From: Cyanobacteria bacterium J06626_4 | GTDB taxonomy: Bacteria > Cyanobacteriota > Cyanobacteriia > Phormidesmidales > Phormidesmidaceae | Reading direction: 5' to 3' | DNA length: 27,081 nucleotides | NCBI GenBank assembly: GCA_038523235.1 | Contig: JBCBJQ010000079.1 | Coordinates: 1 to 27,081, forward strand | Shown here: positions 7,898 to 16,922 of the stretch, one piece after another | Numbering within the stretch: position 1 is the first letter of the stretch | Layout of the letters: each line of letters opens with the position of its first letter | Program-made: the position numbers and the translations under genes | The notes under the pieces: generated by a model | What the model was told of the DNA's origin: nothing | Seen by the model: only the letters and a program-made list of their open reading frames with translations | Database searches by the model: none

Positions 7898-9307
7898 ATG
7901 AACTCATCACAAATGCTAGAGGCCATTCAGACTGGCTTAGACGCCCAGGCTAGCCGCCCTAAAAATATCCTCATTGTGGGAGCGGGCATGGCGGGGCTGG
8001 TCGCGGGCGATTTACTCAAGCAGGCCGGCCACAAAATTACGATTCTGGAAGCGCAACATCGGGTGGGGGGGCGCGTCTACACCCTACGGGAGGGGTTAGC
8101 ACCGGGGCTGAGAGCGGAATTTGGGGCCATGCGCATTCCCCAGAGTCATGACTTAACGATGAGCTACATCAAACGCTTTCGCCTGAAAACGAAACCGTTT
8201 ATCCTCCGCAACCCGAATGCTTACGTGCATCTGCAGGGCAAGCGCGTCCGTCGTAAGGAATTTGACCCGTCAAAGTTTGCCTTTGATGTGTACCCCCATG
8301 AGCAGGGTCAGCATCCCAGTGATTTGCTCCAGGCCACCTTTAAACGTATTTACGATCGCGTTCAAGAGCAAGGGGAGGCGGTCTGGGATGACATCATTGC
8401 CGAATACGATCACTTTTCCCTGCGCGGCTTCCTCAAACATTCCGGGTGGTCAGAAGGGGCGATCGAGCTCTTGGGCATTCTGGGCAATGTGGAGTCGCGG
8501 ATGAATTCATCGTTTGTCAGCTATCTGCACCATGAATACGCCAGTACCTTTGCCGACATGGTGTATTTAGTTGATGGCTCCGATGCGCTACCCAAAGCGT
8601 TTTTACCCGCTTTAAGCAAAGAGATTCGCTTTGGCGCCTCACTGGAGTCGATTGATAATGCGGCTAATCAAGTCACCGTGACCTACAACACCTTGGCGGG
8701 GCGGTTTCAAGCCAAAGCCGATTACCTCATCGTCACCATCCCCTTTAGCCAACTGCGGCATATCGAAGTGACGCCCCCCTTCTCTCCCCGGAAGCGTCGG
8801 GCGATCCGCCAGCTCAACTACGACTCGTCTTCTAAAATTTTCATTCAGTGCAGTTCACGCTTTTGGGAAAACGATGACGGTATCCACGGCGGCGGCTCGG
8901 TGACCGATTTGGCGATTCGCAATATCTACTATCCCCAGCATGGACAAGAAACCGGTAGGGGAGCCTTACTCGCCAGCTACACTTGGGGCCGCGATGCCCA
9001 ATGCTTTGCGAGTTTGCCCCATGATTATCTGATCCGACAGGCGATCGAAAACCTCCGGGAAATTCATCCGCAAATTGATCGCACCTTTGAGGTCGCGGTC
9101 TATCACCACTGGGGCAATGATCCCTATGCCGGGGGCGTCGGGGCCTTGCTGGAACCGGGCACAATGTCTAACTTTGAGGATATTGTGACGCCGGAAAGAC
9201 GCGTTTATTTCGCGGGCGACCACTGCAGCAAATTTGAAACCCGCTGGATTCAGGGCGCGATCGAATCGGCCATTCATGCTGCGCAAGGGGTTCATGCCGC
9301 TCGATAA
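7898..9307 (+). CDS. Flavin-dependent amine/L-amino acid oxidase (LAAO/MAO family)
   Basis: Rossmann IVGAGMAGL, LEAQHRVGGRVYT, EFGAMRIP (LAAO-like GAMRI), LLASYTW, C-terminal FAGDH...WIQGAIESA; no signal peptide visible. Confidence 0.92.
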   Translation: MNSSQMLEAIQTGLDAQASRPKNILIVGAGMAGLVAGDLLKQAGHKITILEAQHRVGGRVYTLREGLAPGLRAEFGAMRIPQSHDLTMSYIKRFRLKTKPFILRNPNAYVHLQGKRVRRKEFDPSKFAFDVYPHEQGQHPSDLLQATFKRIYDRVQEQGEAVWDDIIAEYDHFSLRGFLKHSGWSEGAIELLGILGNVESRMNSSFVSYLHHEYASTFADMVYLVDGSDALPKAFLPALSKEIRFGASLESIDNAANQVTVTYNTLAGRFQAKADYLIVTIPFSQLRHIEVTPPFSPRKRRAIRQLNYDSSSKIFIQCSSRFWENDDGIHGGGSVTDLAIRNIYYPQHGQETGRGALLASYTWGRDAQCFASLPHDYLIRQAIENLREIHPQIDRTFEVAVYHHWGNDPYAGGVGALLEPGTMSNFEDIVTPERRVYFAGDHCSKFETRWIQGAIESAIHAAQGVHAAR

Positions 9308-9356
9308 CATCGTTTACCCATCAGAGTTTCTTCAAGTCCATGAAATCTACTCAGTG

Positions 9357-10245
9357 GGCGTTGCTGAATTCTGGGATGAGTCAATTTCTAAAGGCCCTGC
9401 GCAATGATGGTTTTATAGGCATTGCATAATCAAAAGATGAATTAGGGGATCCGCGATGCAATGTCCGGAGTGTGGCGCGACTCATATCCGTAAGAATGGC
9501 AAAAGAAAAGGTAAGCAAAACCACATCTGTGTCGCCTGCGGTCGCCAATTTATTAATGCCTATGAGCCTCACCGAGGTTACAGCGATGAGGTTAGACGGG
9601 AATGTCTCCAACTCTATGTCAACGGTCTGGGTTTTAGAGCGATCGAACGGGTGAAAGGGGTGCACCATACGACGGTGATCACCTCGGTCAAGCAGGTGGG
9701 CGCACACCTCCCCGATGCTTACGACCCGGAAACGATACCCCAGGTTGGCGAACTCGACGAGTTGGAAACTTTTGTGGGCTCAAAAAGCGGTGCGACCCCG
9801 AGTCGTTGCACGGCGCTAGGGAACGCGCACCAAGACAAACAATATTTGGCTATGGACGGCCGTTGATCACTTTCGCAAAGGGATTTTGGGTTGGGTGTTG
9901 GGAGATCATAGTGCTGAAACCTTTCGACCGCTCTGGACGCTGGTGGCAAGTTAGCAATGCTATTTCTATGTCACTGTTCGCGTAGCGTTGCCGGAGGCAT
10001 TAGGCTGGTCGGTCTATCCCGGTTTTATTCCGGAGGACGACCAAATTGTCAGCAAAACCTACATGACTCGGGTGGAAGGCGAAAATACACGCTTACGCCA
10101 CTATCTGGCTCGGCGGCATCGCAAAACTCTTTGCTATTCTAAGTCCATAGAAATACTGGCGCACTCGGTTCGGCTATTACTTCACTACCTCAAGTTCGAC
10201 GATGTTCCAGTTCCGCCAAGAGTCATCCCCTGATTCAGCAACGCC
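9357..10245 (+). mobile_element. IS1-family insertion sequence (889 bp), inactivated
   Basis: Terminal inverted repeats ggcgttgctgaat (9357-9369) / attcagcaacgcc (10233-10245), extendable to 23 bp with 3 mismatches; encloses InsA- and InsB-like coding sequence. Confidence 0.92.
9456..10233 (+). pseudogene. IS1 transposase (InsA/InsB) pseudogene
   Basis: InsA zinc ribbon MQCPECG...HICVACGRQF, HTH, ELDELETFVGSK; InsB IWLWTAVDH...GWVLGDHSAETF...KTYMTRVEGENTRLRHYLAR. Disrupted by an insertion at about 9787-9836, an in-frame TAG at 9952-9954 and an insertion at about 9977-10001. Confidence 0.88.
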
Positions 10246-10259
10246 AGGATTTCTACTTA

Positions 10260-12872
10260 TTACAGATAGGCCACGGTCACACCGGTACCACCGTCCGCTT
10301 GCTCCGCCGCTTCAAACTTTTTGATCTGGGGATGATGTTTGAGATATTCCTGGACACCGCGCCGCAGCTTGCCCGTGCCGTGGCCATGAATAATCCAAAT
10401 TGGCCCGTTGGCGCGGGCAATCGCATCGTCTAACCGGCCCTCGGCCTCCGCCACTCGCATCCCGCGCAGATCGAAGGTATTTTTGGACGTCCTGACAGCG
10501 GGAGCCGGGGGGGGGGTGGCAGACGGCGGTGGCACAGTCACCTTGGGCGGCGGCAATGCAGCCTTTTCACCCTGCAGCGACTCAATATCTTCTAAGCCCA
10601 CCGTCATTTTCATCAGGCCAAAGCGCACCATAAGCTTGCCATCGGCATCCGGCTCCCCCAGCACTTCGGCGGTCTGGCCCAAACTGGGGATGCGAACACG
10701 ATGGCCCAGTTGCGGCTTAAACCCCGGCGGCGTCTTTGGCACCACGGGCTGGGGCTGATGTTTTTGGGCAATCTGACTAACCGCCGCCGTCGCCTTTTGC
10801 GCATCTTGGGCCGTCGCGTCACCCTTTTGCAAACGCCGAATCACTTGGGCAATCTCCTGCCGAGCCCCAGCGACTTCGGCCTCGACCGCTTGGGTTTGTT
10901 GCTGCTGCAATTCCCGCTCGCGGTCTCTGAGGAAGGTGGCCTTGCGCGATACTTCCCGGTGCAGCTTTTCGGTCTCGGCCAGCAGTCGCGCCGCCGCCTC
11001 GGCTTTTTGCTCTTGTTCGCGGCGCTGGGCTTCCAGACCGGCAATGACCTGGTTAACGTCTTGCTGGCTGCTCAGACCAATGTGGTTTTGCGCCGCATCG
11101 ACGATCGCTCCCGCCAGCCCTAATCGGCGGGCGATCGTCAGCGCATTGGAACGGCCTGGAATGCCCCACAGCAAGCGATAGGTCGGTGACAAGCTGACGT
11201 CATCAAACTCTACCGACGCATTTTCAAACCGGTCGTCTTCATATTTCAGCGCTTTCAGCTCACCGTAGTGGGTCGTGGCTACGGTGAACCGCACATGATC
11301 AGCAAAATAGCGCAGCAGGGCAATCGCGATCGCACTCCCTTCCGACGGGTCAGTGCCCGCGCCCACTTCATCTAACAGCACCAGCGCATTCGCCAATGGT
11401 GGATTGACAGACTGCGTATCCTCCTCTGTCACAGATACCGCTGCCGAGGGTATCGCGACAGTCGGCTCCAGCAGCTCTGCGTCCAAATCATCAGTCCCCT
11501 CGTCTGTTGTCCCGTCTGGACTTCCGCCTGTCTCCTCATCAGAGTGACGGGTCGCCAACGCGGAGGTGGGGAGTGGCGCCGCGATCTCGGCGGTTGGCTC
11601 CTCCCAGTTGGCTAATGGATTAGCCGCAACCGCTGGATGAATCGCCGTCAGAATGCGACCAATGCGCTTGATATGGCCAGAAAAGGTAGAAAGGCTCTGC
11701 TCAATCGACTGTTCGTCGCCAATATCGGCTAAAACTTGCTCAAACCAGGGAATTTCCACCGGTTCTTTGGCGGGAATAAATAACCCGGCACGGGCCATCA
11801 CCGCAGCCAATCCCAAGGTTTTGAGGGTCACCGTTTTGCCGCCGGTATTAGGCCCCGTAATCGCCACCACCCGCGTGCGCGGATTCACCAACACGTCAAT
11901 GGGCACAACGGCGTTACCGGCTTCATGCTGCTGCTGCCAAACCAAGAGCGGATGGCGCAGCTGGCGCAGCGTCGTTTGTTCGGTCGGGGGGACAAAGCGC
12001 GGCGGGTTGGCCCCCAGCCAGTAGCCATAGCGGGCACGGGCGGTGGCGAGGTCAAGCACCGTCACAATATGCAGCAGGTCTTCTAGATCGGTCGCCACCT
12101 CAGCAACTTTTGCCGTCAGCGCCCGACAAACCGCCTCTTCTTCGACCTGCTCTTGGCGCTGCAGCTGGCGCAGGCGATTGCCCATTGGCACAACGCTATT
12201 CGGTTCGATATAAAGAGTGGCCCCGCTGGTGGAAGCATCGTGCACAATGCCGCCGATCGCATCTTTTTGCGGCGCTTTGACCGGAATCACAAAGCGATCG
12301 CCCCGCTGCGTAATCACCGCCTCTTGAATGGCGTTACTTTGCTGCTGCAAAATGTGGTTGAGCTTTTGGTAAATCTCGCTGCGCTGTGACTTCAGCCGTT
12401 GGCGAATGTCCCCCAGTTTGGGGGTGGCGCGATCAGCGACTTTGCCGCGATCGTCGATGCAATAGTGAATGTCTTGCTCCAGCTCGGGATAGGTGCGCAG
12501 CGTAGATACGAGTGTAGTCAAGACGGGCAGTTCGCCATCTTCAAAACTGTCAATCGTACGGCGCAGCTGACGCGCGCCCGCGAGGGTCGTGGCAATGTTG
12601 AGTAAATCGTCCCCCAGCAGCATGCCCTGCCGCTGCGCCCGGGCCAGCGCTTCCCCAATATCTTGAACGCCCGCAAATTTTAGGCCAGGAGGCGTCTGCT
12701 CAACCTGCGCGGCTTCTCGGGTCTCCGCCAATAGTCGTTCGCTCTCGGCTGGGGTGGCGGGCAACGTCAGCTGACGCGCGGCGATCGCCCCTAACTTTGT
12801 CGCCGCAAATGTGGATAAATGCTGACAAAGGCGAGACCATTCCAGCAGAGAAAGCGTTTCAGATTGAATCAA
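10260..12872 (-). CDS. mutS2: MutS2 family endonuclease/ATPase with C-terminal Smr domain
   Basis: TTG start MIQSETL-x-LLEW; GIVHDASTSGATLYIEP; Walker A ITGPNTGGKT; DIGDEQSIEQSLSTFSGH; LLDEVGAGTDP; TTHYGELK; coiled coil; KOW-like region; Smr DLRG...IIHGHGTGKLR. Confidence 0.97.
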   Translation of the reverse strand: MIQSETLSLLEWSRLCQHLSTFAATKLGAIAARQLTLPATPAESERLLAETREAAQVEQTPPGLKFAGVQDIGEALARAQRQGMLLGDDLLNIATTLAGARQLRRTIDSFEDGELPVLTTLVSTLRTYPELEQDIHYCIDDRGKVADRATPKLGDIRQRLKSQRSEIYQKLNHILQQQSNAIQEAVITQRGDRFVIPVKAPQKDAIGGIVHDASTSGATLYIEPNSVVPMGNRLRQLQRQEQVEEEAVCRALTAKVAEVATDLEDLLHIVTVLDLATARARYGYWLGANPPRFVPPTEQTTLRQLRHPLLVWQQQHEAGNAVVPIDVLVNPRTRVVAITGPNTGGKTVTLKTLGLAAVMARAGLFIPAKEPVEIPWFEQVLADIGDEQSIEQSLSTFSGHIKRIGRILTAIHPAVAANPLANWEEPTAEIAAPLPTSALATRHSDEETGGSPDGTTDEGTDDLDAELLEPTVAIPSAAVSVTEEDTQSVNPPLANALVLLDEVGAGTDPSEGSAIAIALLRYFADHVRFTVATTHYGELKALKYEDDRFENASVEFDDVSLSPTYRLLWGIPGRSNALTIARRLGLAGAIVDAAQNHIGLSSQQDVNQVIAGLEAQRREQEQKAEAAARLLAETEKLHREVSRKATFLRDRERELQQQQTQAVEAEVAGARQEIAQVIRRLQKGDATAQDAQKATAAVSQIAQKHQPQPVVPKTPPGFKPQLGHRVRIPSLGQTAEVLGEPDADGKLMVRFGLMKMTVGLEDIESLQGEKAALPPPKVTVPPPSATPPPAPAVRTSKNTFDLRGMRVAEAEGRLDDAIARANGPIWIIHGHGTGKLRRGVQEYLKHHPQIKKFEAAEQADGGTGVTVAYL

Positions 12873-13226
12873 GGCTGGCCAAAATCAAGTAGAAGAACAG
12901 CGACCCGAACCCGGACCACTCCTGCGATCAGTATAGAATCTCTGACCAGCGACCGGGAATATACAGAAACTTAATCGGCCCTTCACCGAAGATTCCCTGA
13001 TGGTTGGGGATAAATAATGAAGAGGGACAGTACCTTCACCTAATAATCCCCCATCCCTTGGCGCCCCGCTGGCCCCAACGGGGCAAGATGAAGGCCGCGA
13101 GAAACCCGTTGCGTCCCCCCAAAGACCCATTCTCGACCGCTCGCCAGGTGGGCTTGCCCCCTGAAGGCGATGATTTGTATCTGGCTTTAATTCGGTTTTG
13201 GTTTTTCACGCGATCGCAGTCTCAGG

Positions 13227-16200
13227 ATGTTTCCCCAGCCCCCCGACCGCTCACTCTTTCCCCGCTCCCAAAAGCTCCCCCTCCGGCTGGTGCTGGTGGT
13301 TTCGTTTGTGTTGCAGATTGCGGCGGCGGTCGGCCTGACCACGGCGCTGTCGTGGCGTAACGGGCAAAAGGCCATTGATGATCTGGCCGTCCAGCTGAGT
13401 GAAAAAAGCATCGACAGCATTCGCGAACATCTGCAAACTTATCTATTGCAGCCCAACTTGCTGCAGCGTGATAGCCGCAGCAACCTGTTTTATGGCGATG
13501 TGCCCCTAGACAATCGCCAAATGATTGCCCGGCATTTTTGGCATCAGATTCGGGCTTCTGACGGGGTCAGCAGCATTTATTTAGGCTATCCAGACGGTAG
13601 CTTTTTAGGCATTCAAGAACGCAATAATGGTCAAACCGTGCTGTGGGAAGTGACCGCCGAGACGGCCCCGAAGCGATTCACCTATCGGCTCAGTGACGCG
13701 GGCGAACGCCGGGAAGCCCTGGCTTCACAAAACTACGACCCGCGCATGCGCCCCTGGTACCAGGCCGTGGTGGAAAATCGCCATGCAAGCTGGAGCCCGA
13801 TTTACGAATTTGCCTCCCGCGACTATCCGGCGCTCGGCATCACGCTGGCTGCGCCGGTCTACGGCACCCATGGCAAGCTGCAGGGGGTGCTCGCCCTGGA
13901 TCTGACGCTAGAGCAGATTAGCGGCTATTTGCGCACGCTGAACCTCAGCGCCAATGGTGAGGCTTTTATTATTGAGCGCACGGGCGCGATTGTGGCGACG
14001 TCGTCGGCCGAACCACCGTTTATCACTCTCGATAGCGGTGAGCAAACTCGCCTACAGGCGATCGCCAGTCAAGAGCCGATCATTCAAGAAACCACCCAGC
14101 ATCTATTTCAGCGATTTGGCAGCCTCGAGCAGGTCAATGCGGCTGAACAGTTTACCTATGACCTCAACGGCGAAGCCCAGCTCGTGCACCTGGTACCCTT
14201 CCGCGATGGTCGAGGGCTCGACTGGCTAATCGTGACGGCGATTCCCGAATCTGACTTTAAGGGGCAGATCGCGGCAAACACCCGCAATACGCTGATCTTG
14301 TGCTTCATTTCGCTGATCGTGGCCAGCCTTATTGCCGGGGTGACCGCTCGCTGGGTGGCCCAACCGATCCATCGTCTGAGTGCAGCCGCGCAAAAACTCG
14401 CCGTGGGCACCTGGGATTACCCCCTGCCCGACGGTCGGTTCGAGGAACTCTCGGAACTGTCCCAGGCCTTTGAGAGCATGGCCAAGCAGTTGCAGCAATC
14501 TTTTGCCAAACTCGAAGAGCGCAACGAAGAACTGCAGCGCATTGATCGCCTTAAAGACGAGTTTCTCGCCAAGACCTCCCACGAACTCAGAACGCCGCTC
14601 AACGGGATTATTGGGCTCGCCGAATCGCTGATTGATGGGGCCAGCGGGCCGCAGACCTGGCAGACCAAAGGCAACCTCACCATGATTGTGGCCAGCGGTC
14701 GGCGGTTAGCCTCCTTAGTCGATGACATTCTCGATTTTTCACAGCTGCAGCATGACCACGTCGAAATTTTGCCGCGTCCCGTCGGGACTCGAGAAGCTGC
14801 CGATGTCGTGCTGACGTTGACCCGCCCCCTGGCCAAACATAAAGACGTGCAGCTGGTTAACGCAGTTTCACCCCAGCTGCCCCCAGTGTTCGCGGATGAA
14901 AATCGGCTGCAGCAGATTTTGCATAATCTCGTGGGCAACGCCGTGAAATTCACCAACCACGGCATGGTGGGCATCTCGGCCCAAATCATTCCACAATCTG
15001 ACGTCTGCTCGGTGTTGCAGCAGTCGCCGTTGCCCACGAGCTGCTGTCGCCACGCGATCGCCCCGATGCCGGGGGCGGCGGATACTGCCGTCAACGGGGC
15101 GGCCACGACCACCGGTGCTGCGATCGCGACGACAGTCGTTCCAGCTGATGCGCCCCCCCCTGAGTCGCCAGCGCCAGAGTCGACATCCCATTATTTGGCG
15201 ATCACGGTTTCTGATACCGGCATTGGCATTCCCGAAGAGAAGCTCGAACAAATTTTTGAGCCGTTTGAACAAGCCGACGGCTCAACGGCTCGCATCTATG
15301 GCGGCATGGGCATCGGGCTCGCCGTTTCTCGGAAGCTGGTCGAACTGCAGGGCGGCACGCTCCAGGTGCTCTCGAACATGGGCGTGGGATCGCAATTCAC
15401 CTTTACATTGCCGATCTCAACGCCCGCGCCCCTGCCCCTCGGTGATCGCGACGCTAGCCCCGCAGCACTGGACGGCTCGCTGCCGCCTGCCCCCCTCGAC
15501 TGGCAGTGGCCAGTTCAAACCGTGTTGCCTCAAGCCGTCGCCCCCCCCGTGCCCCGCGACGCAGATCGGCCCGAAGACGCCGACGTCACCGCCTTGGCCC
15601 GACGACAGCATCAGATTTTAGTGGTCGATGATGAACCGATCAATCGGCAGGTGATCATGAACCACCTCGCTGTCAAAAACTATCAGGTGGTAGAAGCAGC
15701 GGATGGCCTGGAGGCCCTAGCCCTGTTAGATGCCGGCATGCAACCCGACGTCATTTTGCTGGATGTGATGATGCCGCGCATGACCGGCTTCGAAGTATGC
15801 CGCAAGTTGAGGGAGAGGCATCCGGCCCATAAATTGCCCATTGTGATGCTGACGGCCAAAAACCAGGTGGGGGATCTAGTCGAAGGGCTCTCCGCCGGGG
15901 CCAATGATTATCTGACGAAACCCATTTCCAAAAGCGAACTGCTCGCCCGCCTCAAAACGCATCTGTATCTGTCGAAAATCAACCAGGCCTATGGTCGCTT
16001 CGTACCGCGTCAGTTTCTGCACTTTCTCAACCGCGAAAGCATTGTCGATGTTGACCTCGGCGATCAGGCGCAACAGCATATGTCGGTGCTGTTTGCCGAT
16101 ATTCGCGACTTCACGACGCTGTCAGAGCAGATGACGCCCAAAGACAATTTCAAATTTCTCAATGCGTTTCTGTCGCGCATGGAACCCGCGATCGCCGAGC

Positions 16201-16829
16201 ACCACGGCTTTATTGATAAATACATCGGCGATGCAATTATGGCGCTGTTTAGCCGCAGTGCTGACGATGCGCTGCAGGCCAGCATTGCGATGCTGCAGCG
16301 GCTCCACCAGTACAACCAAGAGCGGTTGGGGTACCACAAGTCGCCAATCGAAATCGGCATCGGCATCAACACCGGGGCCGTTATGCTGGGCACCGTCGGC
16401 GGCCGCAATCGGATGGATAGTACCGTGATTAGCGATACGGTCAACGTGGCCGCCCGCATTGAGCGCATGACTCGCATCTACAGCGCTAACTTGCTGATTT
16501 CTCACCACACCTTTTTGCAGCTGAGCGACTCCAACGCCTATGCCATGCGCGTGATCGATCGCGTGCAGGTGAAGGGCAAAATCACCTTCGTGAGTGTGTA
16601 TGAGGTCTTTGAACCAGACCCGCCGGCCATCCGTAGCGCCAAGCTGAAGAGCCGCACCGAGTTCGAAAATGGCTTGGCAGATTTTTACCAACAGCGCTAT
16701 GCCAAAGCCATTCCCAAATTCCAGCACTGCCTGACCCTCTGCCCCGCCGACAAAATCGCGCAAAACTATTTAGATCGCGCCCGGCGATTTGAGCAGGAAG
16801 CGACCCGCCCCGCCGGGACCGAGCGGTAG
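13227..16829 (+). CDS. Hybrid sensor: TM-Cache-TM-HAMP-HisKA-HATPase-receiver-class III adenylate cyclase
   Basis: Cache YDPRMRPWY; H-box FLAKTSHELRTPLNG; N-box QILHNLVGNAVKFT; G boxes DTGIGI and GMGIGL; receiver LVVDD...LLDVMMP...LTA...KP; cyclase FADIRDFT, DKYIGD, STVISDTVNVAAR with all catalytic residues present. Confidence 0.95.
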   Translation: MFPQPPDRSLFPRSQKLPLRLVLVVSFVLQIAAAVGLTTALSWRNGQKAIDDLAVQLSEKSIDSIREHLQTYLLQPNLLQRDSRSNLFYGDVPLDNRQMIARHFWHQIRASDGVSSIYLGYPDGSFLGIQERNNGQTVLWEVTAETAPKRFTYRLSDAGERREALASQNYDPRMRPWYQAVVENRHASWSPIYEFASRDYPALGITLAAPVYGTHGKLQGVLALDLTLEQISGYLRTLNLSANGEAFIIERTGAIVATSSAEPPFITLDSGEQTRLQAIASQEPIIQETTQHLFQRFGSLEQVNAAEQFTYDLNGEAQLVHLVPFRDGRGLDWLIVTAIPESDFKGQIAANTRNTLILCFISLIVASLIAGVTARWVAQPIHRLSAAAQKLAVGTWDYPLPDGRFEELSELSQAFESMAKQLQQSFAKLEERNEELQRIDRLKDEFLAKTSHELRTPLNGIIGLAESLIDGASGPQTWQTKGNLTMIVASGRRLASLVDDILDFSQLQHDHVEILPRPVGTREAADVVLTLTRPLAKHKDVQLVNAVSPQLPPVFADENRLQQILHNLVGNAVKFTNHGMVGISAQIIPQSDVCSVLQQSPLPTSCCRHAIAPMPGAADTAVNGAATTTGAAIATTVVPADAPPPESPAPESTSHYLAITVSDTGIGIPEEKLEQIFEPFEQADGSTARIYGGMGIGLAVSRKLVELQGGTLQVLSNMGVGSQFTFTLPISTPAPLPLGDRDASPAALDGSLPPAPLDWQWPVQTVLPQAVAPPVPRDADRPEDADVTALARRQHQILVVDDEPINRQVIMNHLAVKNYQVVEAADGLEALALLDAGMQPDVILLDVMMPRMTGFEVCRKLRERHPAHKLPIVMLTAKNQVGDLVEGLSAGANDYLTKPISKSELLARLKTHLYLSKINQAYGRFVPRQFLHFLNRESIVDVDLGDQAQQHMSVLFADIRDFTTLSEQMTPKDNFKFLNAFLSRMEPAIAEHHGFIDKYIGDAIMALFSRSADDALQASIAMLQRLHQYNQERLGYHKSPIEIGIGINTGAVMLGTVGGRNRMDSTVISDTVNVAARIERMTRIYSANLLISHHTFLQLSDSNAYAMRVIDRVQVKGKITFVSVYEVFEPDPPAIRSAKLKSRTEFENGLADFYQQRYAKAIPKFQHCLTLCPADKIAQNYLDRARRFEQEATRPAGTER

Positions 16830-16922
16830 CGCCCGGCCCCCAGCGGTTGGCCTTTGGCCGCCGCCAAAGGCCTCAAGTCAATGTGTCATAGTGTTGCCAG
16901 AGATTTTTCGAGGAGGTTTGCG

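Noticed and set aside
9456..10233. Three separate functional ORFs (9456-9866, 9957-10142, 9988-10233)
   Set aside because: They are fragments or off-frame products of one disrupted IS1 transposase.
11388..11639. Intein in MutS2
   Set aside because: No N-terminal C/S block or C-terminal HN-C/S/T motif; sequence is low-complexity.
12885..13360. ORFs 12885-13130 (-) and 13004-13360 (+)
   Set aside because: They lie in the divergent promoter region or overlap the kinase start, and have no recognisable motifs.
14417..16763. Long antisense ORFs (14417-15112, 16122-16763 and others)
   Set aside because: Shadow frames of a GC-rich, well-supported gene on the opposite strand.
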